DNA from: Octopus vulgaris
Lineage: Eukaryota
Reading direction: 5' to 3'
Assembly (NCBI GenBank): GCA_951406725.2
Contig: CATOCA020000001.1
Coordinates: 5,518,001 to 5,582,000, forward strand
Length of the DNA: 64,000 nt
A program made the position numbers and the translations under genes. This document shows positions 1 through 12,888 of the stretch, one piece after another (position 1 is the stretch's first letter; each line of letters starts with the position of its first letter). The notes beneath the pieces are model-generated. The model was given only the letters and a program-made list of their open reading frames with translations, had not been told where the DNA came from and did not search any database.

Positions 1-146
1 ATACGGGAGAAAAGAGAGAGAGAGAGAGAGGGGGGGAGAAAGAGTGACTGAGACGGAGAGAGATTGACATCAATAGATAGGTAGATAGATAGGTAGATAG
101 ATAGATATATAGATAAATAGGTAGGTAGATAGGTAGATAGATAGGT

Positions 147-1376
147 AAGTTTCTTTATTAGCCATACAGGGCTGCACACAGATGGGACAAATTACAAGGC
201 AGAGCTTTTCTTTTGGAGGAAGAAAAAAAAAGTGGCGTAGGTTTTAAATCAAAAGGGATCGTAAAAGGGGGAAAAGAAAAAAAGATAAAAAAAGGAAAAG
301 AAACAAAAGGAAAGAAAAAAGAAAAAAGAAGGAAAAAGAGGAAAAAGGGGAAGTGGAACATAAACGACCAATAGGGATCGCGTATCACAGTGTCATGATG
401 TACGGTGTAAAGGGGGAGGCAGATAAGGTTTATCCGTGGGAAGAAAAGCCTACGAAAAAGACCACGGTAACCTTGGTCAATATTGTTATATGTTACCACA
501 TTTGTTTGCAAGTGGGTAATCCTCTGTTTTCAATTTCTGGGTCCATAGGATTATGCTCAAGGTGGCTTCGTCATTCATACGTGCCATCCTTGCTAAAGTC
601 ACCCATCTTTTTTTAAAACGTTCGCTAGACAAAACTTGCCTCTCTACTCTCACTTTCCATTTCAAGTGATATTTGAAAAAGTTGATGAGAGAGATTGACC
701 AGAGAGGAAAGTGTTTGTCTCCAATCCTTTCAGACGCGTCCACCAGATGCATTTCTTTCGCCATAGCCACAAGGATGATGAAAATAGCTCTTCCTTCCCG
801 TTTGAAGGAAGGAGGCGTGACAATATTGACGATAGACTCAGCTGATAAACCGACTCGTCCCACACGTGACAGCAGTTGTTCAGCATAAGCCCACAGGTCG
901 GAAATTGTTGGACACTGCACGAGTGCGTGCAGAACGGTTTCGTCGCTCTGACCGCATCTCGGGCAGGTCGGCCCCGTGTTCCTCGAGCCGTGTCTGTAGA
1001 GCTTATCCCGAATGGGTAGCGCTTCTCGGTAGCACTGCCAGGCCAGGGATCTCTGGAAGTTGTCCATGGGCCCTAGCCCGAAAATCGTCCTAAACAGGCG
1101 GGTCAGGTATTCCTCGTCGACGTGCAGGTTCGCCCCGAGCTCGTCGTCGCACCTCCCCTCCACTAATCCCTTATAGAATGCTTGGGTCGTGTTGGAGTCA
1201 CTCAAGGTCGACCCAGGACGGCAGAGTTGCTTGAGAGCAACGCGATACTCGCGGTGCCATTCGCCCTTCCTCGGCCTCTTTTTGATCCACGACTGCAGTT
1301 CGGTCATGGAGACAAGTTGCGGGAAAGCGTGCCTCACAAACGGCGACCACACCTGTCCACTGTGGGCGACCACGCC
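147..1376 (-). mobile_element. Tx1/L1-clade non-LTR retrotransposon, 5'-truncated 3' fragment (copy 1)
   Basis: ORF 486..1511 carries the post-RT zinc-binding region (W..YREALPIRDKL...CPRCG..DET..HAL..C) typical of L1/Tx1 ORF2 C-termini. It is followed by a 3' UTR with AATAAA (154-159, minus strand) running into (TATC)n. There is a frameshift near the C-terminus relative to copy 2. Confidence 0.85.
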
Positions 1377-1416
<40 letters not shown>

Positions 1417-1417
1417 G

Positions 1418-1479
<62 letters not shown>

Positions 1480-1480
1480 T
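1377..1480. repeat. (GATA)n microsatellite between the two LINE copies
   Basis: Near-pure gata repeats. Similar tracts lie at ~73-146 and 2161-2420. Confidence 0.95.
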
Positions 1481-2160
1481 GTTTCTTTATTAGCCACACA
1501 GGGCTGCACACAGATAGAACAAATTACAAGGTAGAGCTTTTCTTTTGAAGGTTTAAAAAAAAAAAAAAGAAAGGGGGAGTTTCGATCAAAAGGGATCGTA
1601 AAAGGAGAGAAAGAGGCCAAAAAAAGGGGGGTTAAAAAAAAGGGGGAGAGGAAAAAAAAAAGAAAAATTGATCAATAGGGATCGTTATCACAGAAATGTC
1701 AATATGAAGTGTAAAGGGGAGGACAGGTGAGGTTTACCCGTGGAAAGAAAAGCCTACGGAAAAGACCACGGTAACCTCGGTCAATGGAGTCACATGCTAT
1801 ATTTAATTTTTTTTTTTTTTTGCGAATAAGCAACTCTCTGTTTTCAATTTCTGGGTTCATAGGATCATGCTCAAGGTGGCTTCGTCATTCATACGTGCCA
1901 TCCTTGCTACATTCACCCATCTTTTTTTAAAACATTCGCTAGACAAAACTTGCCTCTCTACTCTCACTTTCCTTTTCAAGTGGTACTTGAAGAAGTTGAT
2001 GAGAGATTGACCAGAGAGGAAAGTGTTTGTCTCCAATCCTTTCAGACGCGTCCACCAGATACATTCTTTCGCCATAGCCACAAGGATGATGAAAATAGCT
2101 CTTCCTTCCCGTTTGAAGGAAGGAGGCGTGACAATATTGACGATAGACTCAGCTGATAAA
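1481..2160 (-). mobile_element. Tx1/L1-clade non-LTR retrotransposon, shorter 5'-truncated fragment (copy 2)
   Basis: Coding part is nearly identical to copy 1 (ORF 1857..2081 AKECIWWTRLKGLE...ERQVLSSECFKKRW). It has the same 3' terminus gtttctttattagcca and a more diverged 3' UTR. Confidence 0.85.
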
Positions 2161-2162
2161 AG

Positions 2163-2195
<33 letters not shown>

Positions 2196-2196
2196 T

Positions 2197-2229
<33 letters not shown>

Positions 2230-2269
2230 GTACGTAGATAGTTAGATAGATAGGTATGGATGTAGATAT

Positions 2270-2337
<68 letters not shown>

Positions 2338-2377
2338 GTACGTAGATAGTTAGATAGATAGATATGGATGTAGATAT

Positions 2378-2414
<37 letters not shown>

Positions 2415-2420
2415 CAGACA
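2161..2420. repeat. (GATA)n array with an internal ~108-bp higher-order duplication
   Basis: The variant block ggtacgtagatagttagatagat...tatggatgtagatata occurs twice (~2229 and ~2337). Confidence 0.85.
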
Positions 2421-2616
2421 AATAGGCAGGTGATGGTGTGGAAACGTGAAAATAAGTTTGCTTTACAAGCACATGGTTCGAGGTTCAATCCCACAGTGTG
2501 GTAACTTGAACGGGGGCCTTCTACTATAGTCACGGACTAATGACTTATGAGTGAATTCGATAGAAAATGACTGAAAGTCGTCTGTCGTCTGTGAGTGTGT
2601 TTAGGTGCGCTTGCGC

Positions 2617-2683
<67 letters not shown>

Positions 2684-3082
2684 TTAGTCATCCACAACAG
2701 AATGAAAACCGATGATCTTATGTTTATGTCCTCATAACGTAAATGTTCAGAATACAGGGACCCATAGGATAAGAGCCAGCTTTAAGAATAAGTACATGCA
2801 TCGATTTCCTGCTCTGAACCCTTTAGAATGTTGCTCCAGTTTGGCCGTAGTCCAGTAACAAAAGTAATCAATACATTCAAAGAATATATTCATGTGTATG
2901 TAGACACAAGTATCAATACACACACACACAGACACACACACACACACACACACACACACAAGTCCGTTCCTATTTAATGTAAGTATATATACATACAAAC
3001 ATGCACATGTGTGTCTGTGTGTGTGTGTGTAGGCGCATGTGTGTGTGTATGAGTGCATTGACACACACGTTTGTGTATATAT

Positions 3083-3426
3083 GCAGGAGTAGCTGTGTGG
3101 TAAGTACCTTGCTTACCAACCACGTGGCTGAGGTTTCAGTCCCTCTGCGTGGCAGTTTGGGAAAGTGTCTTCTACTATAGCCTCGATCCGACCAACGCCT
3201 TGTGAATGGATTGGGTAGACGGAAACCGAAATATATACAAATGTGTGCGTGTGTGTCTGAGTGTTTGTTTCGCTTGGTGTGTTTACGTCCCCGTAACTTA
3301 GTGGTTCGGCAAGGGAGACCGATAGAATAAGTATCAGACTTACAAAGAATAAGTCCTGGGGAAGATTTGTTCGGCTAAAGGCGGTGCTCCTGCATGGCCG
3401 CAGTCAAATGACTGAAACTGGTAAAA
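3083..3426 (+). mobile_element. tRNA-derived SINE, family A (dominant family in this window), diverged copy
   Basis: gcaggagtagctgtgtggtaag head and ggcggtgctcc.gcatggccgcagtcaaatgactgaaac tail, shared with more than 10 other full or partial copies here. Confidence 0.85.
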
Positions 3427-3447
3427 GAATATATATATATATATATA

Positions 3448-3830
3448 GGCGCAGGAGTGGCTGTGTGGTAAGTAGCTTACTAACCAACCACATGGTTCCG
3501 GGTTCAGTCCCACTGCGTGGCATCTTGGGCAAGTGTCTTCTGAGTGGATTTGGTAGACGGAAACTGAAAGAAGCCTGTCGTATATATGTATATATATGTA
3601 TGTGTGTGTTTGTGTGTCTGTGTTTGTCCCCCTAGCATCGCTTGACAACCGATGCTGGTGTGTTTACGTCCCCGTCACTTAGCGGTTCGGCAAAAAAGAG
3701 ACCGATAGAATAAGTACTGGGCTTACAAAGAATAAGTCCCGGGGTCGAGTTGCTCGATTAAAGGCGGTGCTCCAGCATGGCCGCAGTCAAATGACTGAAA
3801 CAAGTAAAAGAGAAAAAGAGAAAAAGAGAA
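3448..3830 (+). mobile_element. SINE family A, near full length
   Basis: A-box-like tggctgtgtggtaag, B-box-like ggttcagtccc, internal (TA)/(TG) microsatellite and 3' tail ...gactgaaacaagtaaaagag. Confidence 0.9.
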
Positions 3831-3859
3831 TATATATTCACATATACATATATATACAT

Positions 3860-3902
<43 letters not shown>

Positions 3903-3924
3903 AATGCTCTTGTTATTGTTTGTT

Positions 3925-4180
3925 CCATTTGATAAGGGCCGGTTTCCCGGTTTCATTGGCGAATAGGTTCCCCACCTGGTGAGTTGCTAGATGCAGGAGG
4001 AAAGAGTGAGAGAACGTGGTGGCGAAAGAGTCAGCAGAAGTTCGCCCTCACCTTCTGCCGGAGCCACGTGGGGTTTAGGTGCTTCGCTCATAAACACACA
4101 CATCGCCCGGTCTGAGATTCGAGCCCGCGATCCCTCTACCGCACGAGTCCCCTGCTCTAACCACTAGGTCATATGCCCCC
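3925..4180 (-). mobile_element. tRNA-derived SINE, family B
   Basis: Minus strand reads gacctagtggttagagca...gcgggctcgaatctc (tRNA A/B boxes) followed by a non-tRNA body. Confidence 0.7.
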
Positions 4181-5373
4181 GCCCCCATATATATATATTG
4201 GCACGGCAATATACTATAATAACAACAATGGACTATAATCGATATCTATAAAACTGTCCTTGGACGAAAATTGTATTTACATTTTGCTTTGACGTTTAAT
4301 GGCGGCCAAACCGAAGCTAGGATCCAGCTGAAAATAGGCAGGGATACTAAATGCGTGGTGAGGATGAGACCCGTGATGGTTAAAATTCGCAAGCTATAAA
4401 GATGTGGTTGTTATGGCAAAAAGGGTGATGTTTTTTTTAGTATTTCAGCATTCAGAAATAGATACGTTGCAAGGGGAACAACTCAGTAGTTTCAATGATT
4501 TCATTTACAAGTAACGACTAAACATAAATATCAAGAATACTTATCTGTTGCGAAATAATATATGCGTGTGTATGCGTGTGTGCATGTGTGTGTGTTTGTG
4601 TGTGTGTGTGTGTGCGTGCATACGAGCGCGAGATTTATCTGTTAATTCAATCGAACATAAAGAAATAAAAAAAGTAGTAAAAAAAGCAATTAATAATTTT
4701 AAAAATAATTTCACCAAACCTGATAGGTATGAAAGGTAGCAAAGCATGATAAAAGATAAAAGGAGTAGAAATTAATATTATTTTTAGCATATAAGGGATC
4801 CACTGAGTGGTCTCTCCTCTTGTCGATATATACAAAAGAGGCTTTGGCTCAAAATTGTGCACACATTTGGCTACGTCAGAGGTTGGGGGTCAGACCAGTG
4901 GTCGGATCGAGCTGAAAATTGGCACAGGCATAGAAGGCGGGATTAGGCAGAGAGTTGAGTAGGTTAAAATTCGCCATAAGGAAAGATGCAGTTGCTATGG
5001 TGAGAAGTGTGATTTTGTATCGATTCGAGGGGGCTCTAAGCCCCTCCAGATTGGCGCGATTGGCATCTAATCTAATGTAAAAAAATGAAAAAGGCGAACG
5101 TTGATACAAACTGGAATTTTATGCAAAAAGGGGTTTAAATGGGGCTGGAAGGCGATTAGAATTTACAGTAGGGGGTAACTTGAAGTGAGAAATTGATTGG
5201 GAGACGTTTCGGGGATCTACAGTGGTTGCTTTGCAGTAAAAACTGGGATTTTATTGATTTGGGGGGGACACTGGTGGGTCTAGATTGGACACCTTTTGCC
5301 CGATTTCAATCAAATTTTCAACATGATAAAGTGGAAGCGGATTTGTAATTTAAGCCCAGAAAATGGGTTCGAA

Positions 5374-5435
5374 ACAAGTTTCATCAACAAAAACATAGTA
5401 GTAGTTACTAATATGTTTTTGTTGATGAAACTTGT
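5374..5435. repeat. 30-bp-arm palindrome (29/30 paired, 2-nt spacer)
   Basis: acaagtttcatcaacaaaaacatagtagta-gt-tactaatatgtttttgttgatgaaacttgt. Confidence 0.95.
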
Positions 5436-5667
5436 CTCTCGGTCTACCTACTTACCCTCTTTGTGATTTCTGTTAATGGAATGACTATAAAAATGAATCT
5501 TCTAAATTTGACTAAATTTTATATTTGTATGCACCTGAAGTTTACCGTACATTTTAAAACTGATGTAGTACATACTTTGTTCAATTAAATGGAGTCGCAT
5601 GAAACGATCGTACTGCATTACCTCTGGATATCCTTGTTCCTTATTTTGATTATATATGATATATATA

Positions 5668-5875
5668 CTCTTTACTCTATTACTTGTTTCAGTCATTTGA
5701 CTGCGGCCATGCCGGAGCACAGCCTTTAGACGAGCAAATCGACCCCGCGACTTATTCTTTGTAAGCCCAGTACTTCTTCTATCGGTCTCTTCTGCCGAAC
5801 CGCTAAGAGACGGGGACGTAAACACACTAACATCGGTTGTCAAGCAATGCTAGGGGGACAAACATAGACACACAA

Positions 5876-5954
<79 letters not shown>

Positions 5955-6279
5955 GGGTGAAAAGGAACACACGAGTTGAAATAATTAAATTTAGAAAAAT
6001 TAGAAGAAAAGTTTTTTTAAAAGAATATTTCTATAGTAGTGTTCAGATTTAAGTGGCATTCTGCCTTTCTCTGACTCCCTTGTTATATATATATATATAT
6101 ACATACATATATACGACGGTCTTCTTTCAGTTTCCGTCTATCAAATCCACTAACAAGGCATTGGTCGGCCCGGGGCTATAGCAGAAGACACTTGCCCAAG
6201 ATGCCACGCAGTGGGACTGAACCCGGAACCATGTGGTTGGTTAGCAAGCTACTTACCACACAGCCACTCCTGCGCCTAT
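5668..6279 (-). mobile_element. SINE family A split by an insertion in its internal microsatellite
   Basis: 3' half at 5668-5880 and 5' half at 6114-6279. An unrelated ~130-bp sequence lies at 5955-6085 inside the (TA)n. Confidence 0.8.
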
Positions 6280-6654
6280 ATATATACATATATATATACG
6301 TTGCCTTTTCTATTGGCTTGAGACACCAACCTCCTTTCGCTTTTTCTTTGAGATTGAAGCCTTTCTTGGTGAGTTTTCCTAGCCCTCCGACTTCTGGTGT
6401 GTTGTGCATCAGATGATTGGAAATTATTATTTTGTCCTCTACGAATAATAGTGAATGTTGTAAAGTAAAATATTTAACAAATCAAAAATAATTCCCGTAA
6501 TATTCAAATCATTTTTTATTGTCTCTAAATTCTGTCAAGTGATTTTATCTCATCCCAAACCGAAGCTTCATAAAACCGGTCCAGTTTAAGTTATACCTTT
6601 TATATTTATATATTACCAAATATCATAGCTTGGAATCATAGTGATAGTGACATA

Positions 6655-6992
6655 GTGACCCCCTTCGGTCAGACACTGACCATGGGTTTGCACCTAGAGA
6701 GTTACTCTCTGAGGCACAAGTCTGGGCAAGGTTGTTTCATGGAAGACCAGCAGTCGCCCATGCATACCGCCCCCCCTCTGCACGCCACCAGTGTTATCCA
6801 AGGGAAAGGCAAAGGTCGATACAGCTTGGCACCAGTGACATCGCAACTCATTTCTACAGCTGAGTCAACTGGAGCAATGTGAAATAAAGTGTCTTGCTCA
6901 AGAACACAACACGCAGCCCGGTCCGGGATTCGAGCTCACAACCTCACGATCGTAAGCTCGACGCTCTAACCACTGAGCCACGCGCCTTCACA
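6655..6992 (-). mobile_element. tRNA-derived SINE, family C
   Basis: Minus strand ggcgcgtggctcagtggttagagcg...gagctcgaatccc (A/B boxes), followed by gtgttcttgagcaagacacttta, a conserved-domain-like body. Confidence 0.8.
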
Positions 6993-7099
6993 GCTTGAAA
7001 TCATGTGAGGAAGCAGAAATTGCTAATATTTCACAACAACCACAACACCAAATGATATGAAAGCTAATGAAGAACAAACAATACAGTGTTAGCTAATAA

Positions 7100-7830
7100 T
7101 AAGCGAATTTTTTTGCAGAAATATTGGAGATGATACCTGCGCAGGAAGAGGAAGGCCAATGAGTATGTGATTTGGTCCGTGCTCAAGACGGATCTAAGAG
7201 GATCACAAACATAGAGTATCCTTACGCACGCTTTATAACGTCAAGAAGATAAGGGACGTAGGCAACCACATTGAGAGGAAGTCTGGCAGCGGTGGGGCCA
7301 ACATGAAGCGTACTCAAGACTTCATCAAAACCCTTCAGTCCAACATTTCAACGGACCCAACTACAGCCATGAGGAAGCTGGCTTCTGCAATTGATGTGGA
7401 CCGCGAGACCATCAGAATAACTGTGAATGATAACTTGGGCCACAAGTCCTACACGAGAAAACCGAGGAATATGTGGACAGAACTTATGAAACCCGGGAGA
7501 CTTGAAAGGTGCAAAAACATTTTCAGATGCCTCAAGAAGAACAAGTTAGGGTTAGGGTTATTTCTCTGATGAGATCTTCAAAGTGGACGCCGTTGTGAAT
7601 TGCAGAAACGACCGATACATTGTGGAGTCAAAAGTCGACGTCAGGAGCACATTTAGAACTAAATATCTAACCCAGATCATTGCCTTTGGTCTACTCATAT
7701 ATTTCTGGAAGCACCGAGAAAAAGTGAGTGCTGATGCACTGCAATCGAAGACGACGCAGAACGACTATGGACAATGATGCCGGAATGACGCCGGTTGAGA
7801 AAAGTGATGCCCGAGGATTGTTCAAGTGGC
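7100..7830 (+). mobile_element. Degenerate Tc1/mariner-superfamily transposase (maT/DD37D-like)
   Basis: HTH-like segment DPTTAMRKLA..IDVDRETIR, RLERCK, and FSDE..VDAVVNCRNDRY across frameshifts. Confidence 0.7.
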
Positions 7831-7948
7831 TTCTATAGGCAGGAGTCTGAACTATATACATGCATGCATATATGTATGTATAATTATATATATATGTGTG
7901 TGTGTGTGTGCGTGTGTGTGAATATGTAAATGTATATATATATATATA

Positions 7949-8099
7949 CGACGGGATTCTTTCAGTTTCCGTCTACCAAATACAGTCATAAGGTTTTGGT
8001 CGGCCCGAGGCTATAGTAGTGGACACTTCCCAAGCTGCCACGCAGTGGGACTGAACCCGGCACCATGTGGTTGGTACGCAAGTTACTTACCACACAGCC

Positions 8100-8154
<55 letters not shown>

Positions 8155-8720
8155 ACATATATATCAAAGTATCATTAAAGAGAGAGAGACTTGATAAGGA
8201 GCTGTGTTCTACAACGATCGGTGACATCCAAGCGTAGCACAACTGCAGTGAAGTGGAACGGTCTTGTTTGCAACCACATGGTTCCAGGTTCAGTTCCTCG
8301 GTGTTATAACTTGGTCAAGGGTCTTCTACTCTCTCTCTCTCTCTCTCTCTTTACTCTTTTACTTGTTTCAGTCATTTGACTGCGGCCATGCTGGAGCACC
8401 GCCTTTAATCGAGCAAATCGACCCCGGAACTTATTCTTTTGTAAGCCCAGTACTTTTGCCGAACCGCTATGTAACGGGGACATAAACACACTAGCATCGG
8501 TTGTGAAGCTTGCTAGGGGGACAAACACAGACACACAAACACACACATGCATATATATATACATATATACAACGGGCTTCTTTCAGTTTCCGTGTACCAA
8601 ATCCACTCACAAAGCTTTGATAGGCCCGAGGCTATAGCAGAAGACACTTGCCCAAGGTGCCACGCAGTGGGACTGAACCCGGAACCATGTGGTTGGTAAA
8701 CAAGCCACTCCTGCGCCTAT
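7949..8720 (-). mobile_element. SINE family A: 5' half (7949-8100) and a near-complete copy (8330-8720)
   Basis: Direct sequence match to the other family A copies. Confidence 0.8.
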
Positions 8721-9157
8721 GGACCAAAGCTATTGACTTCAGAGGAATTTGGTTGACAGCATCTGAAAGTAGACTGTCTTTTGTATATGTGGAGGTGTCA
8801 TTGTTCTCCACCACTGCTTGGCCATCGATGTTAGTTTGTTTACGTCCCCGTACCGATCTGTTTAGTAAGAACAGAACCATGGGGATAAGAACCAGGATTA
8901 AAAATAAGTAGTTACATTGATTTGCTCCAGTGAAACCTTGAAAGTGTTGCTCCAGTCTGGTCACAGTCAAATGATTAACGCAATTAAAAGCAATGTATGC
9001 ATATGTATAGAGAGACAGATACGATGATATATTCAAGTCCGTTCTTAGTTTTGGTACACATCGAGACGCGCGCAGAAACATATATTTCAACATAAGTGTA
9101 TATACACACAAAGATATATGCACATGCACACCTCTATATACACATATTACATATTTC

Positions 9158-9227
<70 letters not shown>

Positions 9228-10371
9228 TAAATACACTCGCACCTGTACATACATATAAGAGAGTGGGTTCATACTTTCCTTAACAACCCATGAAAGTTAT
9301 AAATGAGTGCCTGGGATTATTTCCCAAATCCCATTGCTACGCACCCATTTATCCACTAGATGTCACCACCATAAAGCTGTTTCCATGGCTGTCATTTCAT
9401 AACTTCCTGTGCTGTGGCTTAAATTAATCTTCTTCCTTTCATTCTGTATTTATTTTCTCACACTCCTCCTCTACCAACATTTTATTTACAGTATTTTGCT
9501 TTTTCTAGCTTTCAAATAAATTGATATATTTTTGTTTCAGTGGTCTTTTATTTGTACTGCACCCTGACCAAGTAGTTTAAAGATAGATAGAAAGGGATAT
9601 GCACACATATTTTTCACCCATATTCATATATGCCCATATGTATATTGCTTCTGAGGTGCTGTGCATCACTGACTGAAAATTATTATTTTGCCTTTTATGC
9701 ATAATTGTGAATATTCTAAAATAAAATATTTAACAAATCCTTAATAAATACTGTAACATTCAATTCATTTTTCTTCTCTCTAAATTCAGTGATGGGGTTT
9801 CATTTTATCCAACAACGAAACTTCATCAGAAACCGTTCCAGTATAACAATTACAACTTTTTAAAAATATCAACAAACTTTACGTCACTAAACAATAATAC
9901 GATTCCTTTGATTCATAGAATAGGTAATACAAGAGATGTACAAATTTACGTACGCAGTAGAAGGCTATATGTACATACACACACACACACGTATACATAC
10001 ATTCATATATACATATATTCATACATACACACCCATTGGGTAGGTGCATAATTACTGCGACTTTTTTCAGCAACATTTATTCAACAAAAACAATAACAAT
10101 ATTAAGCAAAAAAAAAGTTTTAATGACGTTCTGACCGTCTGTCAAGCGAATGGGAAGCAGTAATTGAAGTAGATGGTGAATATGCTCCGGAATAATCATT
10201 TAAAGATGTTTTTGTTACATGTTATTGTTTTTGTTGAATAAAATTTGTTGAAAGATGCCGCAATAATCACGCACCTACGCAATATATATATATATATATA
10301 TAAATGTTTGTGTGTCTTTATATATACATATGTATATATGTATAAAGAAACACACACAAAAACACACACAC

Positions 10372-10425
<54 letters not shown>

Positions 10426-10849
10426 TAACCTTGCTCCACAGCCACACACTTTCTAGTTCAGTCCCATAGCATGGCACTTTGGTGAGTGTCCTCTATTATA
10501 CACTTGGGGCGACCAAAACCTTGTAAGTGGAAATAGTATGTAGAAACCGAAAGAAAGCCGTCGTATTTAAGTATGTATATATCTGTGTGTGTGTCTGTGT
10601 GTGTGCACCCGCCCCAGCTACAGCTTGGTAACCGGTGATGGTATATTTACTTTCCCTAAATTTAAGGATTCAGTAAAAGATACCAATAGAATAAACAACA
10701 GGTTTTTTAAAAAAAATAATGTGGTCGAAAAGATTATATCTTTTGTGTCGTTAACCAGATGGAGAATGTATCCTCCTGGGATTAAAAATAAATAGTAATA
10801 TTGTTGTATGCAGAACTACCACGTTGAGGTGGTGACACGCATTAGTTTT

Positions 10850-11720
10850 TCGTAGTGTTACCTATGTTACCTGGGTTACTACTGTTCTTATTCACATTAG
10901 TAAACAATAAATATAAGAATATTACTCGTCAGTACAACTACTGAGTCGATCTTTTATATTCTCATATTTATTTCAAAATTTCTAGATTTTATTGAGCAAT
11001 ATTCAAATGGTAATGATAACAGAATTTTGAACTGAAAATCTGTCAATGTTGAAGCACCCCAGGGTAAACAATATGCATTCTGGACTTTTTTGTTGGTGTC
11101 GAAATTAAAGATAATTGTTACTGCTTCGAACTCGAGAGCAAGCAACATAGCGTTGCCCGTGGGAGAAGCATGTTATAGGAGAGATCAAGTCCAACTAGCT
11201 TGAAGGATTGACACTGAGATTTGTTAAATGTAATACCAAAAATTAGTTTGACTGGAAATTGAAGCGTCTTAAATTCAAATGGAATATCTGTGGGTGTGAG
11301 AGGAATCTTTGATCTAAAGACATTTTCTCCTTTGTGATTGTATGAGATGGGACTTCACGGGAGTAAAAATTAAGCGAGTTCCATTACACGGGTGAGATGG
11401 TTCAAGAATCCTAAGCAGCAAAATGGGAGCACCGGGTTTTAGTGTCAAATTATGCGGTGGCGTCCCAGTGGGTTGAGAAATTCAACAGGGTGTTGAACAA
11501 CCTCATCTTGATCGACTGTTGTCAATTGATCGAAAGTCATTTTTCTTGTACCTGTTGACTTTTGAAGAATTTCATTATAGAGTTTATCGACCGTTTCATT
11601 AGTGGGGGGGGGTAGAGCTGTTTCACATGGCCATTTTACATCAGTGTAATTGGTTGATAAATTAGGAAATACTTTACCCATAGATCCCTAAGAAAAAGTA
11701 TCATTTGACCGCATGTAATT
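10850..11720 (-). mobile_element. Helitron PIF1-helicase C-terminal fragment, degenerate
   Basis: Minus-strand translation across frameshifts gives PVEFLNPL, GAPILLLR, CNGTRL, QFPVKLIFGITFNKSQCQS and CFSHGQRYVACSRV. These correspond to the Helitron motifs QFPxxxxFAMTINKSQGQ and FSHGQLYVAxSRV. Confidence 0.8.
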
Positions 11721-12510
11721 TGATGTAGTTGAATCTTATAAATATATATATATGTATATGTGTGTGTTTACAAGTGTATAATTATATGCATATGCTTACA
11801 TACATACATACATAAATACATACACGCGCACAATCTTCTCTCTTCGCTCTTTACGCCATTTGGGCTCAACACTCTCCCCTTCCCTCCTACTTCCTCCCAC
11901 CCAACTCTCCCCTCTTGTCCCGTCTCCTACTTCTCTTCACCCCTACTCTCTTTCCCTCTTCTCTCTTACTCTCTTTCTTCTCTCTTTCTCTCTTCTCTCT
12001 TACTCTTTTACCCTCTCTTCCTTTCTCTCTCTCTCTTCTCACATACCCACCTTCCCCTCCCCCTTCTTCGTCAACCCTCCCCCATAAGCCTACCCCAACC
12101 CTACAAATTCCTACTCTACCTTCCCTATCATTCCCATCGGGGCATAAATAAAAATTATAAAGTATTTTAGCTGTAAAAATGACAAAATATATTTTAGCTG
12201 TGCGAATAAGAAAAAAATAAACTGTTTGGACAATTTTAAAGTCTAAATAATTTAAAATTAAAATACGTAAAACACATATGATACATAAAGTAAGCTAAAT
12301 TTCTATACTATAATCTATATTCATTACTTTGTGCATTTATTTTATAAACTTCTTAGTTTAATCTTATTCTAATTATGTAATATACACTATATGATTACGT
12401 GCTAATTTATACACATTATACTCCTAGAAATTATAACTACAACAATTAGTATCATAAAATAGGGTTTACATATTCACACAAATTAGTTAAAGTTATTATA
12501 TAAGTAATTT

Positions 12511-12888
12511 AAATTATAACCTTTCCTATTATTAGAAGTCGACCTAGTAAAACGCATTTCAATTATAACCTTTCCTATTATTAGAAGTCGACACTATGTA
12601 AAACGCATTTAAGTTATAACCTTTCCTATTATTAGAAGTCGACCCTAAGTAAAACGCATTTAATTATAACCTTTCCTATTATTAGAAGTCGACACTATGT
12701 AAAACGCTTTTAAGTTATAACCTTTCCTATTATTAGAAGTCGACCTTATGTAAAACGCATTTAAATTATAACCATTCCTATTATTAGAAGTCGACCCTAT
12801 GTAAAACGCATTTAAATTGTAACCGTTTCTATTATTAGAAGTCGACCCTATGTAAAACGCATTTAAATTGTAACCGTTTCTATTATTA
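12511..12888. repeat. 51-bp minisatellite, about 7 copies
   Basis: Unit ~aattataacctttcctattattagaagtcgaccctatgtaaaacgcattta. It produces the 17-aa periodic pseudo-ORF 12660..12902. About 1.5 units recur at 29791-29866. Confidence 0.95.

Noticed and set aside
6930-6992. tRNA gene (also considered at 4110-4180)
   Set aside because: A/B boxes are present, but I see no proper acceptor stem or terminator, and the sequence runs into a SINE body.
9790-9840. Minus-strand CTGATGA...GAAA as another hammerhead
   Set aside because: Stems I and III do not pair, and the homologous blocks at ~6560, ~17100 and ~32150 do not keep the core.
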